Shown: positions 30,877 to 45,503 of the stretch, piece by piece
Numbering within the stretch: the first letter of the stretch is position 1
How the letters are laid out: every line of letters begins with the position of its first letter
NCBI GenBank assembly: GCA_964016885.1
Contig: OZ024741.1
Span: forward strand, 182,590,001-182,654,000
Reading direction: 5' to 3'
DNA: 64,000 nucleotides
Source: Eledone cirrhosa
Lineage: Eukaryota
Made by a program: the position numbers and the translations under genes
The notes under the pieces: generated by a model
Database searches by the model: none
What the model was told of the DNA's origin: nothing
The model's input: only the letters and a program-made list of their open reading frames with translations

Positions 30877-31225
30877 ATAGAAATAGTCGGGCTGGATATC
30901 CGATCGCGCGGTTAAACCACTGGGAGTGAAGGACCCCTAGCCTTTGTCAGGGCATTCTTCTAGGAGAAGGCAACTCAGGAAATTGGGATAACTCCGACAT
31001 AAAATTTGCAGCTCAGTAGTTACCGATTATGTTGATCTTTTCTTCTTTTCAGGTTATAGCTACTCTCGTTCAGAGAGTGGGATTGGCTCAGTGCACAGTC
31101 TTTCCTCACTTTAAAAAAAATCTTCACGCACAGACATTGCACGATAGAATTAGTTAATAATTATTAATAATGGTATATCGTGCAATGGCCATACTCGATA
31201 ACGAGGGGGCAGCCATCAAGTATGT
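30877..31225 (+). mobile_element. RTE-related short retroposon (family B), related to family A
   Basis: Shares ctaggagaagg, the ttcttctttt...agagagtggga...cctcact...cttcacgcacag middle and the ggccatactcgataacgagggggcagcca 3' end with family A. A 5' partial copy lies at about 33456-33543. Confidence 0.65.
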
Positions 31226-31229
31226 ATAT

Positions 31230-31306
<77 letters not shown>

Positions 31307-31395
31307 CATGTGCATATATATAAATATGTATGTGTGTGTGTATATTTGCATTGTGTATATAAAACCTTATTTATTGTATGTATGTCTCTTTTCAG

Positions 31396-31569
31396 GTACA
31401 TTACTGTCGTCTGTAACAGTGTTCTGTGTGGAAAAAACCCGCATCTCATCCCGCGGTCGAGCTTTCTGCCTTAATCTGCTGTCTGCATTCCTCCAGATGA
31501 TCACCTTTATAATAATTGTTGGCTGGATTTGGAGCATTATATGGGGTATGACATTCGTATCGTTAGCCT
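31396..31569 (+). CDS. stum: Internal coding exon of a stum / SPEC3 (ectodermal ciliogenesis domain) family membrane protein
   Basis: Acceptor tctcttttcag|GT at 31395/31396 and donor GCCT|gtaagt at 31569/31570; 174 nt, phase 1-1. Translation (G)TLLSSVTVFCVEKTRISSRGRAFCLNLLSAFLQMITFIIIVGWIWSIIWGMTFVSLA matches the family pattern GT..S..T..C...F.LN...A..Q..T....VGWI.SI.WGM as I recall it from STUM/C1orf95. Confidence 0.9.
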
Positions 31570-31632
31570 GTAAGTATTAGTTATATATTTATACGCAACA
31601 CACACAAACATACATACATACATATATACATA

Positions 31633-32242
31633 CATGGTGGCTGCCAACACGTTTTCGAGTACGGCCACTACTTTATATCCATGTAGGAGAACCCCCACCG
31701 ATGCGCTGAACGAGTGTGGCTTTTTAGTCCAGCCAGCGACCTGAAAACTCTGGTACAAACACCACACCTGTGACAATTATTGACACATAGTACTGGGCCC
31801 ATGGTACCATGTGACGACAAATGCAGAGAGATCTCCAGATACAAAGCAATGCCTGTGCCGTGAAGCTTTTATAGTGAGCAAAAGCACTGCACAAAGCCAG
31901 TCCCACTCTCTTAACCAAGATGATATTTACCAAAAAGAAGAACAAGTCAACATCATTGGATACCATCAGGGTTGCAGGTGTTATATCAGAGTTTTCCTTC
32001 TCCTAGAATTCTGCCTTGACAAAGGCTAAGGGGTCACTCTCCCGGTGATTTTGGATGGCCATTGACTCTTAAGAGATCCTTTGCCCTTTGACAGGTTTTG
32101 TTTTTAGTCCTGCAGGATGTCCAAAGTCACCCTCCTCACCAAGAGACCTTGGTGGGGTTGCGAGTTTAGTCGCCAATGACTCGACCATGGGACAGGTTGT
32201 ACTGGGATACATGTTACCAGTAGCACCAACTGATGACCTGAC
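31633..32242 (-). mobile_element. Full-length copy of RTE-derived family A
   Basis: Highly similar to 11919-12528; flanked by (ATAC)n; starts about 65 bp downstream of the stum exon donor. Confidence 0.8.
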
Positions 32243-32376
32243 ATACATATATACATACATACATACATACATACATACATACATACATACATACATAACG
32301 AAAACAACATCAACAATAATAATATACACATATATATATATATACACATACACATAAACATATCTACACACACACA

Positions 32377-32449
<73 letters not shown>

Positions 32450-32451
<2 letters not shown>

Positions 32452-33180
32452 TAGCAATTAACAGCGCTGCGATCGAATGAGGCTTTTTAGCACAGATTTG
32501 GCAACAAAACATTCACTGGGAATAGCCGGCTGTGGTTGGAGTTCATGTACTTTTGCATGTCGTTTGAGCCCTCGTGCTGATTTACATTCTCTACCACATG
32601 CTTGGCAAGCATGATGAATAACATCTCCCACAGCAGCCTGGTAGTCAACCACTGGTCTTACTTTATGACTGCGAAGATGACTTTCGAGTCCAGCTTTGCT
32701 TAGGCAGCGTCTCGCACAGACGCTACATATCAGCACCATAGGAGGACCCTCGGCGTCTGAAATGCAACAGTAATGCCCTTCCTCACATCCCGCTTTACTT
32801 TCTCGAATGCGATTCGAGATGCCTCAAAGGCAACTTTCCCCTCATATACAGTCTTTCTCCATTTATTACGATCAGCAGCAACATTTTCCCATGTACGAGC
32901 AGAGATGTTAGCGTCTTTCAAAGAGGCTTTCAAGGAATCCTTATACCTCTTTTTTGGTTTATGTGGAGGTCGTTTTCCTTTAACTAACTCTCCATAAAAG
33001 AGTTGAGAGTTGTTTTGGTATTCTAGAATCCGTCATCCTGGCAAGGTGACCACTCCAACGGAGTCGTTGCTTAAGCACAAGAGCTTCTATACTGTCACAC
33101 GGAGAGCTTTCCAAAATCTCGACATCACTGATGTGGTCCCTCCAGTGAACGCCATGGATCCGTCTGAGACACATCTGTAA
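32450..33180 (-). mobile_element. RTE-clade LINE 3' fragment with tandem C2H2 zinc fingers
   Basis: CLRRIHGVHWRDHISDVEIL...RLRWSGHLARMTDSRIPKQL...GKRPPHKPKKRYKDSLKASL...WE..AADRNKWR, then CSVCARRCLSKAGLESHLRSH and CQACGRECKSARGLKRHAKVH. Confidence 0.85.
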
Positions 33181-33267
33181 TACTGAGCAGTAACACGAAT
33201 GGCTTCAATTATACGAACTCTTTCGAAAGTCAACAGTTGACATAATCTTGTATCAGTAATGACGGTA

Positions 33268-33301
<34 letters not shown>

Positions 33302-33995
33302 ATGTGTGTGTGTGTGTGTGTGTGTAAGTGAGTAGCGTGTGTGTGTTTGTATACATGAGTGTTGGTAAGTGCGCGCGTATGTATGTGTGTGTGTGTGCGT
33401 GTGTGTATGTCTTACGCATGAGTGTCAATAAGTGAGTTTTTTTTATGCGCGGGGACATAGAAATAGTCGGGCTAGGTACCCGATCGCGCAGTTAAACCAC
33501 TGGGAGTAAAGGAACCCCTAGCCCTTGCCAGGGCATTCTCCTACATACATATATACATACATACATACAAAACCATCCCCATCACAACCACCTCCACTGT
33601 AATCACCATCAGCCATACGAGTACCAAAACCGTCGCGACCACCAACAGCATTACCACCACCACTATAATCAACACCTAGGCCACAAACAACGCCAACATC
33701 CAGGGATGTAATTACTGCAATACTTCCATCACAGAAGGAAACTCAAAATGTAGAGGAATATTCACTTAAACTAGAGTATTACCAAAAAAGACATTCCTTA
33801 TGAAAACGGAACTTATCAACATCATCCGTGCACTGCGGAGAAGTACCATGTGTTAATAGCAGCAGATATTCTATACAGAAGAGACGAAACATTCTCTGCG
33901 TGCCCTTCCCAAAAAAAGAATGCCGCAAATATTTTAAACCTAAACAAATTCAAATACCATTTTATCAAAATTGTTTGTTAAATGTACACTTGCAA

Positions 33996-34032
<37 letters not shown>

Positions 34033-34290
34033 CAAATAAGGAATACTTGAAATTAAATGTACATTACAGTCATGCAAACAAACATGCACACTGTGGTTGA
34101 GGGACACAACTAACAATTCCCCCTCTTCCACCCTCAACATATTTTAAAATATATGAACATAAGATATAATTCTATATATTGATATAAACGAAGTTATTTC
34201 TAACTTTTTAATCAAGTTTACATTGAATTTTTCTTCGCAGTTCTTTGACTTCTTTTTTTTTTTATTATTTTTTTGTTTTGTTTCTTCCAG

Positions 34291-34355
34291 CCTCAAAAGG
34301 TGAGCCAGCTCGGAAGCAATACTATGTCAGACGACAGAGCAGTATGCCAGAATAG
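34291..34355 (+). CDS. stum: Probable terminal coding exon of the stum-like gene
   Basis: Long pyrimidine tract ending tttcttccag at 34290. Phase 1 joins the previous exon and gives (S)SKGEPARKQYYVRRQSSMPE then TAG at 34353-34355. Non-repetitive sequence in a repeat-rich context. Confidence 0.7.
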
Positions 34356-34379
34356 ATAGATAGAGAGACAGAGAGGCAG

Positions 34380-34481
34380 AAAGAAGAAGAAGAAGAAGAA
34401 GAAGAAGAAGAAGAAGAAGAAGAAGAAGAAGAAGAAGAAGAAGAAGAAGAAGAAGAAGAAGAAGAAGAAGAAGAAGAAGAA
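34380..34481. repeat. (AAG)n microsatellite 25 nt after the predicted stum stop codon
   Basis: Directly visible. Confidence 0.95.
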
Positions 34482-34743
34482 TTAAGATGCTGACGACAGA
34501 GTGGACATAACATTTTATACATACTCCCTTCACAGATACACGCATACATATATACACACACTCACATACACACAAACACAAACACAAACACACATATATA
34601 TGTATATATGTATATATACATATATATATATATAATTATATATATATATGTGTATATATATATATATATACACACACTTACATATATATACTCACTTCAC
34701 CTAGACAGACAGAGATACACACCACTACAGTAATACAATCACA

Positions 34744-34844
<101 letters not shown>

Positions 34845-36139
34845 TCACACAGATCACACATCCACTCCACAATACATTTACGCACAAAAGAATGCGACCT
34901 TCTAAGCCGATATAAATAACAAAGTTTTTTTTATATATATCTATATATGCCTTTTCCTGTGGTGAGTGACAGCGAGCAAGGCTAAGACGGTTTCAAATCC
35001 CGCTTGAATGCCTTTTCACTTCACTTACACCACTAGTTCCCTTTGGACAGGCACCAATATAATAACTTCCCATTTCTCACCTACGGAAGAAAAAAAGTAG
35101 AACAATCCCAACAAAATCCCCAATCCCTCCTAAAAACAAAGACATTGGACCTTCGTGTGTAATTAATGAATAATAATATATATTGTGGCGAGCGATGTTT
35201 AACATGAAATATAGCTTCTGTTGAGTCGAAACTCTGACCTACCTAGGGTTCGATTTCTGGATAAAGCAGCCTTTATTTTTTTTTTTTTACACTTCATTTC
35301 ATTTCGTGTTGCTAATGTCCTTGGAAAACGGCATAAACGTCACAACATCCCATTTTCCCCCCCAATGATCACCACAACTACCTTATCCACCACAACCAAC
35401 AACAACAATAACAAGCCAGTGATTCGAGTTTCTATGTGGTCGATAGACCAACTAGAAATAACAGCCAAACTGCCCTCAAACCAAACCCTACTGTCTTTAA
35501 AAAGGAATGACAATGAAATTCTATATGTATAAAAGGATGGGGCAATCACAGCTGAAATATTTTTTGATCATCGGTCTACTGAATTAGGGTTGATCTGAGC
35601 CTAAACACAACCCACTTTTAATTTAAAAGGCCTTGAACCAATAAAGAGACTCTGTACGGGTTGTTCCATGAGATAATGTTGTCCTAGATACAAAAAAAAA
35701 AGACGAAATGGTTCTGGCTGAACACCTTTCGTCATAGGTCGGCTCAATCAAGCCTGACTTGGGGACTATAAAACAACAATTATAAGGCCTTGTCAAAAAT
35801 ACCAAACCGAATTTCCATACCTTCTTTAGAAACAAGCCCCAACAACCACCTCCAGTTTTGTCTGTCTCCCCCCACCTCTCTCTCTCTTTCTTTCTTTCTC
35901 TCTCTCTAACTATTTATCTATCTCAAATCTTTCTCACTTTCCTCCTCTCTTTTCATTGTCTTTCTCCCCAGCCCTTTTCACGTTTTTATTTTTCTAGACC
36001 CTTGTGTTTTTCATATTAATTAACTTGTTTATTTATTTGCGCCATTTTGTTTTTTAATAAATGATTTGTTTTGTTTCATTAAAAACATCTTTCAAAGATA
36101 TAGTTTATTTGAAGGCAACAATAACAACAACAATAATTA

Positions 36140-36346
36140 TTATTTCTACTATAGGCACAAGGCTAGCAATTTCAAGAGGAGGAGAAAGTTGATTAAATCG
36201 ATCCCAGTGCATTACTGGTACTTTATTTTAACGACCCCGTAAGCATGAAAGACAAAGCTAACCTCGGTGGGATTTGAACTTGGAATGTAAAGGGCCATAA
36301 CTCTATGCTTTAAAGCATGGTGTCTGACGCTCTACCGATACTGCCA
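36140..36346 (-). mobile_element. SINE copy
   Basis: Reverse complement of the SINE consensus. Confidence 0.85.
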
Positions 36347-37092
36347 AGGTTCTAGAATGACTTTGTGATGCTGAGAGGTCATGAGTACTTGAAAGTTCAT
36401 ACTCACTCCTCCTGACCACAAATCATTTCGCATTACTTTACCAGTGATTACATGCTCACGGCTATATTATTTAACAAAGGCAACTATGCTTCAAGGATCA
36501 ATGTGATTTGCCATGGCTCTAATATTTGTCTTATGCCAACTTATATACTGGGACACAAGCTTGTGAGCGGGGGTTACGCGCTTCCGAAACTCAAGCAGAT
36601 GATCCTATAGAAATTGTCCTTTTCTATGCTTAATATCCTTATCCAGATGTCACATAGCGCTTCTATTAATTCATTTTTGAAAGCATAGAAAAAGCTTGAG
36701 GCAAATGTAAATTAGTTTTCTCTGTGCTCGATTCTGGATATATTCTTCAGGGAAAGAGATACAATCCTTTTGAATACAGTTTGTCTTTATTTAAACAATG
36801 TTTGTCTTATTCTATATTCATTTCAGTATGTTTATCGAGTATCACTGTGGCTTCTTTTGATTCGGCAGCAGTCGTGTTATTGCCTCATTTGTTTATATCT
36901 CTCACTGCAACTCGTGTAAACAGATCAGATCTTTACCATAGACATTGGCAAGAAATATTGTCCAAAAAACAGACTTCTCGCTTATCTCAGATATTGGAAT
37001 GTATGTCCTAATGTCATTAAGCCGACTGCTTGCAAAATAATCTACAAGGAAAGACGGTTAATCCAGTAAAACTTGGTAAAAGCCCAATCCTA

Positions 37093-37211
<119 letters not shown>

Positions 37212-37517
37212 GATGACGGTGAGGATCATCATCACGGCAAAATAGTTCGAGACCTCTACTTGAATTAACACAGAATTGAGTTACTGGTGAATATTCAATG
37301 CGATAAGTGAACATGTTGAGGAGCTTAAATGTACAGTTTCAATTTTTTGAATGGGAAAAGTAACATAATCGGAGATAAAGAGAAAATAACGTTGTGTAAC
37401 TGGTGACTGTTGTTCAACAAGTTATATTCAAGGTTCAATTCTTGTCAGCTGGTTTGACCTTTGACAAAGTATATTTACAAGGTAGGAGAATCAAAGAAGG
37501 TGCGTGAAAAATATATA

Positions 37518-37686
37518 CAGTGAAATTCCGTTATAACGAAATACACAGTGTATAGAAATACTCTTTGCAACGAGATCGACCGAAATAAATCGAGCGTTTG
37601 TTTGTTATTACCTCGGGGATTGAAAAAACTTTCGTTATACTGAAAAATTCGTTATAATGGCATTCGTTATAACGGAATTTTACCTG
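37518..37686. mobile_element. Tigger/pogo-like MITE
   Basis: TIRs cagtgaaattccgttataacgaa / ttcgttataacggaattttacctg. Confidence 0.75.
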
Positions 37687-37799
37687 CATTAGCAAATTTC
37701 AACGTAGAAAAACAGATACGAAGGACAAAAACATCTATTTTATGTGTATATTTCTTCGTTCTTTCAATCCATTTTGCGTCCAAGAATTAAAAATACGAT

Positions 37800-38440
37800 A
37801 CAACCCGTATGCAATGAAATCGTACTGGTGGAATGTTCCAGTAAAAACCCCAATAAAATGCAGGCATAACAGACCAGATATTATGATATGGGACACGGAG
37901 AAGAAAACGTGCACAGTAGTGGAAATTAGCTGCCCAGCAGATGCCAATATAATATCAAAGATTAACGAAAAGGAGAATATTTATGCAGAACTGATGAGAA
38001 ATCTGCAGATACTCCACTCTGATTACACCTTCAGATTTATACCTGTGATTATTGGGGCACTGGGATATGTTAGTAACTGCCTCAATACAAATCTTGAGAA
38101 GCTAGGCTTCACAGGAACAGAAAGAACACAACTAGTTAGGAAACTACAAGTACAATCCATTAATGGAACAGTAAAAATATGTAAAACATTCCAAAAATTT
38201 TGCATCTAATAATTGCATATACACATGTACAGATACAAAGCATATACATATGCACACATACAACTCAAAACATACACATCCACACATACAATAACATCCA
38301 TATCTATACATGCCTGCATACATACATACATATCTACCTAGTTGATGTTGTGTAAATTCCAATGAGAGAGTCTTGTGTCTATGTTAGAAACCGACTCTCT
38401 CTCTATTGGTAAAACTTTGTGAAATTATAAAACCAGAAGA
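37800..38440 (+). mobile_element. RLE-type non-LTR retrotransposon 3' end (PD-(D/E)xK endonuclease plus UTR)
   Basis: WWNVPVKT...HNRPDIMIWD...CTVVEISCP...EKENIYAEL...IPVIIGALG. Confidence 0.85.
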
Positions 38441-38530
38441 ACATACATACATACATACATACATACATACATACATACATACATACATACATACATACAT
38501 ACATACATACATACATACAAACATACATGC

Positions 38531-38745
38531 ATGGTGGCTGCCAACTAGTTTTCGAGTACGGCCACTACTTTATATCCATGTAGGAGAACCCCTACCGATG
38601 CGCTAAACGAGTGTGACTTTTTAGTCCAGCCAGCGACTTGAAAACTCTGGTACAAACACTACACTTGTGACAATTATTGACACATAGTGCTGGGCCCATG
38701 GTACCATGTGACGACAAGTGCAGAGAGATCTCCAGATATAAAGCA
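38531..38745 (-). mobile_element. 5'-truncated copy of RTE-derived family A
   Basis: Matches the 3' ~215 bp of family A; embedded in (ATAC)n on both sides. Confidence 0.8.
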
Positions 38746-38839
38746 TACATACATACATACATACATACATACATACATACATACATACATACATACATAC
38801 ATACATACATACATACATACATACATACATACATACCTC

Positions 38840-39600
38840 TAAGATAAGCGACTTGAAAGTTGAAAATAAAGCCCTTATTTTTGCAGCCCAGGAACAGGCA
38901 CTGGGAACAAACTATATCAAGTCCAATATTGATAAGTCAGTGAATTCCCCACATTGTAGGCTGTGTGGTGAGAAAGGTGAGACAATAAATCACATTATGA
39001 CTGGATGTAAGATGCTGGCTCAGAAAGAGTACAAGAGAAGGCACACCATTGTCAGATTGGTTCATTGGAAGTTCTGTCATAAGATTAACATGAGCAGAAG
39101 TGAGAAATGTGTTTATACCATTTCTCACTTCTGCTCATGTTAATCTTATGAAAATCAACACTTCTGTTAATGTTAATCAAATGGAAAGGGTGTCTGAAAG
39201 TGAACAGTATAAGATCTTGTGGGACATGACCATCCAGTGTGACCATTTTATCGTGGCTAGAAAGCATGGCATTGTTGTCACAGAAAAAAATAACATGGCT
39301 TGTATTGTAGATATTGCTTCAACATGGGACCACAGAGTGAGTGAGAAGGAAAGTGAGAAAGTTGAGAAATACCAGGAGCTGAAGAGAGAAATAAGGAAAC
39401 TATGGAGAATCAGACACTGGTTGTGGTTGATGCACTGGGAGCAGTTAGTAGAATGTTGGATGCATGGCTTGAGAAGTTAGGACAGGATTGTTGCAGAAAA
39501 CAGCCTTGCTAGGAACAGCAGAGATTCTAAAGAGGGTGTTACAAAGTTGAAGGAGAAGAAAAGATCCAAAGGACCTCTGGCCGTTTGCTATGGTTCGCTC
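38840..39600 (+). mobile_element. R4/Dong-like LINE fragment (CCHC knuckle plus restriction-like endonuclease)
   Basis: IFAAQEQAL.TN...CRLCGEKGETINHIMTGC...EYKRRH...ILWDMTIQCDH...EKVEKYQELKREI. Confidence 0.85.
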
Positions 39601-40416
39601 CTTTTGTATAATGCCGCTATAACATATGTCAGAGCAAAAGCGTTGTGAATGATATAATAATAATGAGAAAATCTCCCTTACCATCCTCCGGGGAAACGCC
39701 TTCACCATTCTGTCCGCCGGGGCTGTGGGGCAGCCAGCACGTGAGACCCCATTTGCTCACCATGCGGAGTGATGGAGGGGAGTGAGAGGTGGAGGCGTGA
39801 CAATGGGAGTTCGGCTCATCCACGTTCGGATCATATCCTTGTGGTTGTGTTCATCAAGCCCTAGTGCAGTAATGAAATCAGTGCCTTGAGATAAAACAAA
39901 CAGTAATAAACTAGTTCTGCAGAGAACTATAATAAATGGAGGAGTGCGGGACTGCATCCAGAATATATATTTTTTTATCCCGTTTGTAAAATAAGTTGGA
40001 TTACTTTGAATAAATAATGTACTAAATTTCGTAACTTTTGATTAAATATAAATAATTTTATTGCTTATTTTAAGATTCACTTTAAAATTTTTAAATGTCA
40101 ACACTTCCGGTTAGCGCCCGTTATATTATAACATTTATTATATCATTTATATAAACATTCATATATTTCCGTGGCTAATTTTCTCGTAATGCAGTTTATA
40201 TATAATATCGTCTTTTTCTAATGTATCATGGGTTACTTTACTGATTACAGAAGAGAGTGTAACACAGACTTCGTTCAATTTCTGTGTATATTGTCAATTA
40301 CGATTTCATTTGATGTATCATATCTACATGTATATATATTTGCGTATAATATCAATATGCACACTACACATGCTAGCAGAAAACCACCCAGGATGGTTTT
40401 TCTGCTAGAGAAATTA

Positions 40417-40575
40417 ATAATTGTTTCTACTTTTGGCACAAGGCCAGCAATTATCCCAGTGCATTACTGGTACTTTGTTTTATCGACCCCCTCGTAAGGA
40501 TGAAAGGCAAAGTTAACCTCGGCCGGATTTGAACTCAGAACGTAACTATGCTGCAAAGCATGGTGTCTGACACTC
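40417..40575 (-). mobile_element. SINE copy, 5'-truncated
   Basis: Reverse complement of the SINE consensus. Confidence 0.8.
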
Positions 40576-41093
40576 TAAAAAAGGTGAAGATAGTGCCAAT
40601 TGTTGTTATGACCATGAGGAAATATTGGAAGGAACATAAAGAATATATCCAGTAAAGCTATTGCAAAAGTTTGGCCTCCTTGGTACAGCCAGAATTACCA
40701 GGAAAATACTAGATACTTGAAGTGAATCAATAGCATGGTACTGTAGGTTGCAGGTAGCAAGCCCGCAACTCATACAAAAATTCAGAAACTCCAACAAAAC
40801 CTGAGATAAAAGAATAAATAATAGTAATAAATACTTTATTAAACGTATTTATTGTAACGTTTTAACAAACTCGCCATTTTGCAATATGTTTATTTAAATA
40901 AAGTGACTTTGGCTGCATGTTAAGATAAATTGAAACACTTTGAGAGACCCTGCAGTCTGGCCACAAGCAAGCTATCTCTGAATTGACTCTTATTTGGAGG
41001 AGGGTTTCGTTTATTTTATTTATTGTTTCTTTTCTGTTTTACTTTCGCATTTTCGCATTCTTCGATAAAAATATAACGAAATATCTATATGTG

Positions 41094-41127
<34 letters not shown>

Positions 41128-41128
41128 G

Positions 41129-41246
<118 letters not shown>

Positions 41247-41352
41247 ATAGGTGCCTGAAAGACAACGTTGCATGCATCTACGCAATTGGGGAATCTTGCA
41301 TACATGTAGCGTTTGAAACCGGGGGTATCACCTTGTTTTGAAGACATTAAAC

Positions 41353-41432
<80 letters not shown>

Positions 41433-41461
41433 TATGTATGTATATATGTATGTATATATGT

Positions 41462-41501
<40 letters not shown>

Positions 41502-41504
41502 ATT

Positions 41505-41536
<32 letters not shown>

Positions 41537-41543
41537 TATATAT

Positions 41544-42723
<1,180 letters not shown>

Positions 42724-42967
42724 AGGTATGCAGGTATGCAGGTGATAATAAGTTAATTACAGACATAAAGAGAAGATAAGTTTTAAAACCAAATGTGAGA
42801 GATACATAAGCGAAGCAGAGAAACACATTAATGTTTAGCATTATGCAATGTGAATTAAGCAACAAAAAGGTTAAATGTGTAGAGGATTAAAGAGTTGCTT
42901 GGTTGTCCTTCATAAGCAAATGTGTTGGCTATCATATTTATATTGTTATAATTAATAGACCAATGAG

Positions 42968-43160
42968 GGCGATGGATTGGCAGTATCGGTAGAGCGACGG
43001 ACACCATGCGGTCTGAGTTCAAATCCCGCCGAGGTTAAGCTTTGCCTTTCATCCTTATGAAGTCATTAAAATAAAGCACCAGTAATGCACAAGGGTCGAT
43101 TTAATCGATATTTCCCCTCCTCCAAAATTGTTGGCCCTGTGCCTAAATCAGAAATCAATA
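42968..43160 (+). mobile_element. SINE copy
   Basis: A box, B box, core and 3' end present; internal deletion between the boxes. Confidence 0.8.
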
Positions 43161-45151
43161 ATTAATGGATCAATATTTATGATATTACGCCTAAAAAAAT
43201 ATGGACATATTTTACATTATCGTCTCATTTCATTCATCATATGAAAAGAAACAAATTGTTTAATATCCTTATTGTATGGCGTTCATGATTTAACGTTGGC
43301 GAGAAGAGTTGTAAATACAACAATTATAGACAGCGATCATATTTCTCAAAGAGATCCCATAATATGTTTCTAGCTTGTCTTTCAGATCCATCTTAACTTC
43401 CTACCAAGTTTTCAAAATATTTTCATTACAATACATCGAAGTTGATACAAATAGAATATTACTTGGTCTAGCTGGATACAAATATGCTTTCTCGCAGCCT
43501 TACATCGGGTATTTTTCACACGACGCTATCGTGATGGCTTGATACACCACTTCACCTACCTGGACATTCAGAATGTAATGAGTTGGGATAATACTGCAAA
43601 TCATTTTGTCCAACGCTCTAATAATTCCGCAAATCTACTGCCTTCTACTGATGTATATTTTATTGCTAAGCAAGGTAATCAAATAAATAATTTCTAGAGC
43701 ATTTTCATCAACATACACCAGATGTGATATAAATGTAAAATTATTTCGTGTAGGTTGAAATAAGCTTAGTTTTCTTAATACTCTTACTCAAACCAAAAGT
43801 CTGAATACTGCCGAAAAGCTGTCTACAATATGGTGAGTCTCAGAAAGAGAATGAGACAAAATTAATCCACCAACAAAACTATTTTGCACCAGCTGAAACA
43901 TTATTTTTGTTTTCAGCCTAAACTGATGGATTCTCGGTCGGTTTCGACGATAAGTATCCATTTAGTTGTTCGATCAACTGAACTGCATATTCACTGAATT
44001 GTAGCCTAAACAGCCAGTACGCCGGTCTGCAGCTCGGTGAGCCTCGTCTGAGCTTGTGAATATCTGACACCCACCACCTCCATAAATCTTTGAACCCTCT
44101 TGATTTTTTAGAGGAGTTACACTCCAATCCCCCAGGGCGTCCGCGCATTCTTAATTCGCCTTGCAAAACTTCTATCTGAGGACTTGTAAATGGTTGAGTA
44201 TTCTATAGACAAGTAGTTCTCAAACTGAATCAGCATGTCTGTACCTTTGAATTACAAATATCATCCATCTGATGGATTTCCACATAGTCTCCGTCTTTTC
44301 AATTTTGCTCACATGGTTTTGGTTGACTCGAGGCTATAGAAAAAGACACTTTCCTAAGATACTATTCAACGTTGTCAAACCCGTCACCTCGTGATTGCGA
44401 AATGAACCTTTTAACCACTCAAATATACCTATGCCCCCTCGCCTGAAACTACTGCTGGTTGTAATCCTTGTAACCCTCAATTCAGCCCGAAACTGAAACA
44501 AATAGATAAGAAATGTCAGATAGATCAGAAAAACCACATCAAACATGACAGAAAATACTAAGAAAAATAAAAGAAGAATAAGAACACCCTCCTGTTTAGT
44601 ATCAATGGCCTCCTCAAAAGAGTCACACATCTCTCCATTTGATCACGCAGACGTTTTCATCCTTTTATGTCGTTACATTTTCCTGCAATTTACGAAGACT
44701 GAAAACCATGTCTATTGTTCTTCGGCTACACCAAGACCCACACACCAAGACCCACTCCTGTGGAGTCTATATACCCTGGGGTATATAGACTCCACAGGAC
44801 TGAAATTAATCGATGCAAGAATTTTCCCAGCAAAATACAATGAAGAGGTATCTCCATGGTTATCACAAGTGAACATTAAGCACCTTTATATTAGAAGAAT
44901 CTTAAAACTGTTGTAACACAAGCAAATAACGCAATTGTGTCAATAATTCGATCAGTTTAAAAATGAAGAAACCGATATCACACTTATAAGATGTCGAAGG
45001 GAATATCTACATAGACAGCAGCTCTACTATTTTAAGTTGTTTTATGGCTGACTTTGTTTAGGTTAGAAAAGACACAAAAAATGTTTATTACTTGTCTCTG
45101 ACTTGTCAAACTTTGATTCTCTGTTTTAATACCATTCAGATAATCTGTTTA

Positions 45152-45503
45152 CAGTGTACCGCCGCGTATTCGTGGTCCCGATTTTTTCGCGGGATCTTCC
45201 TTAGAACCAAACTAATAATTGTTCGTGGAAACCACCGCATATTCGCGGAAGCGATTTTTTATGGCTTTTTTCGTGGCAATATATATATATATTTTTAACG
45301 CTAAATTATTAATAACAATATACTGTATTTGCCTGTCTATTGGACGCCCCTTCACATAAGACGCTCCCTCTTTTTTTTATTATATTTTACGTTATATTTT
45401 GACGTTTACAGGCATTTTTATGGACCACAACCAATATTCGCGGTTTTTCACATATCGCGGGTGCTCTGGGAACGTAAGCCCCGCGAATACCGAGGGACAA
45501 CTG
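45152..45503. mobile_element. Tigger-like MITE
   Basis: TIRs cagtgtaccgccgcgtattcg / cgaataccgagggacaactg; TA upstream; CpG-rich subterminal motifs. Confidence 0.65.
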
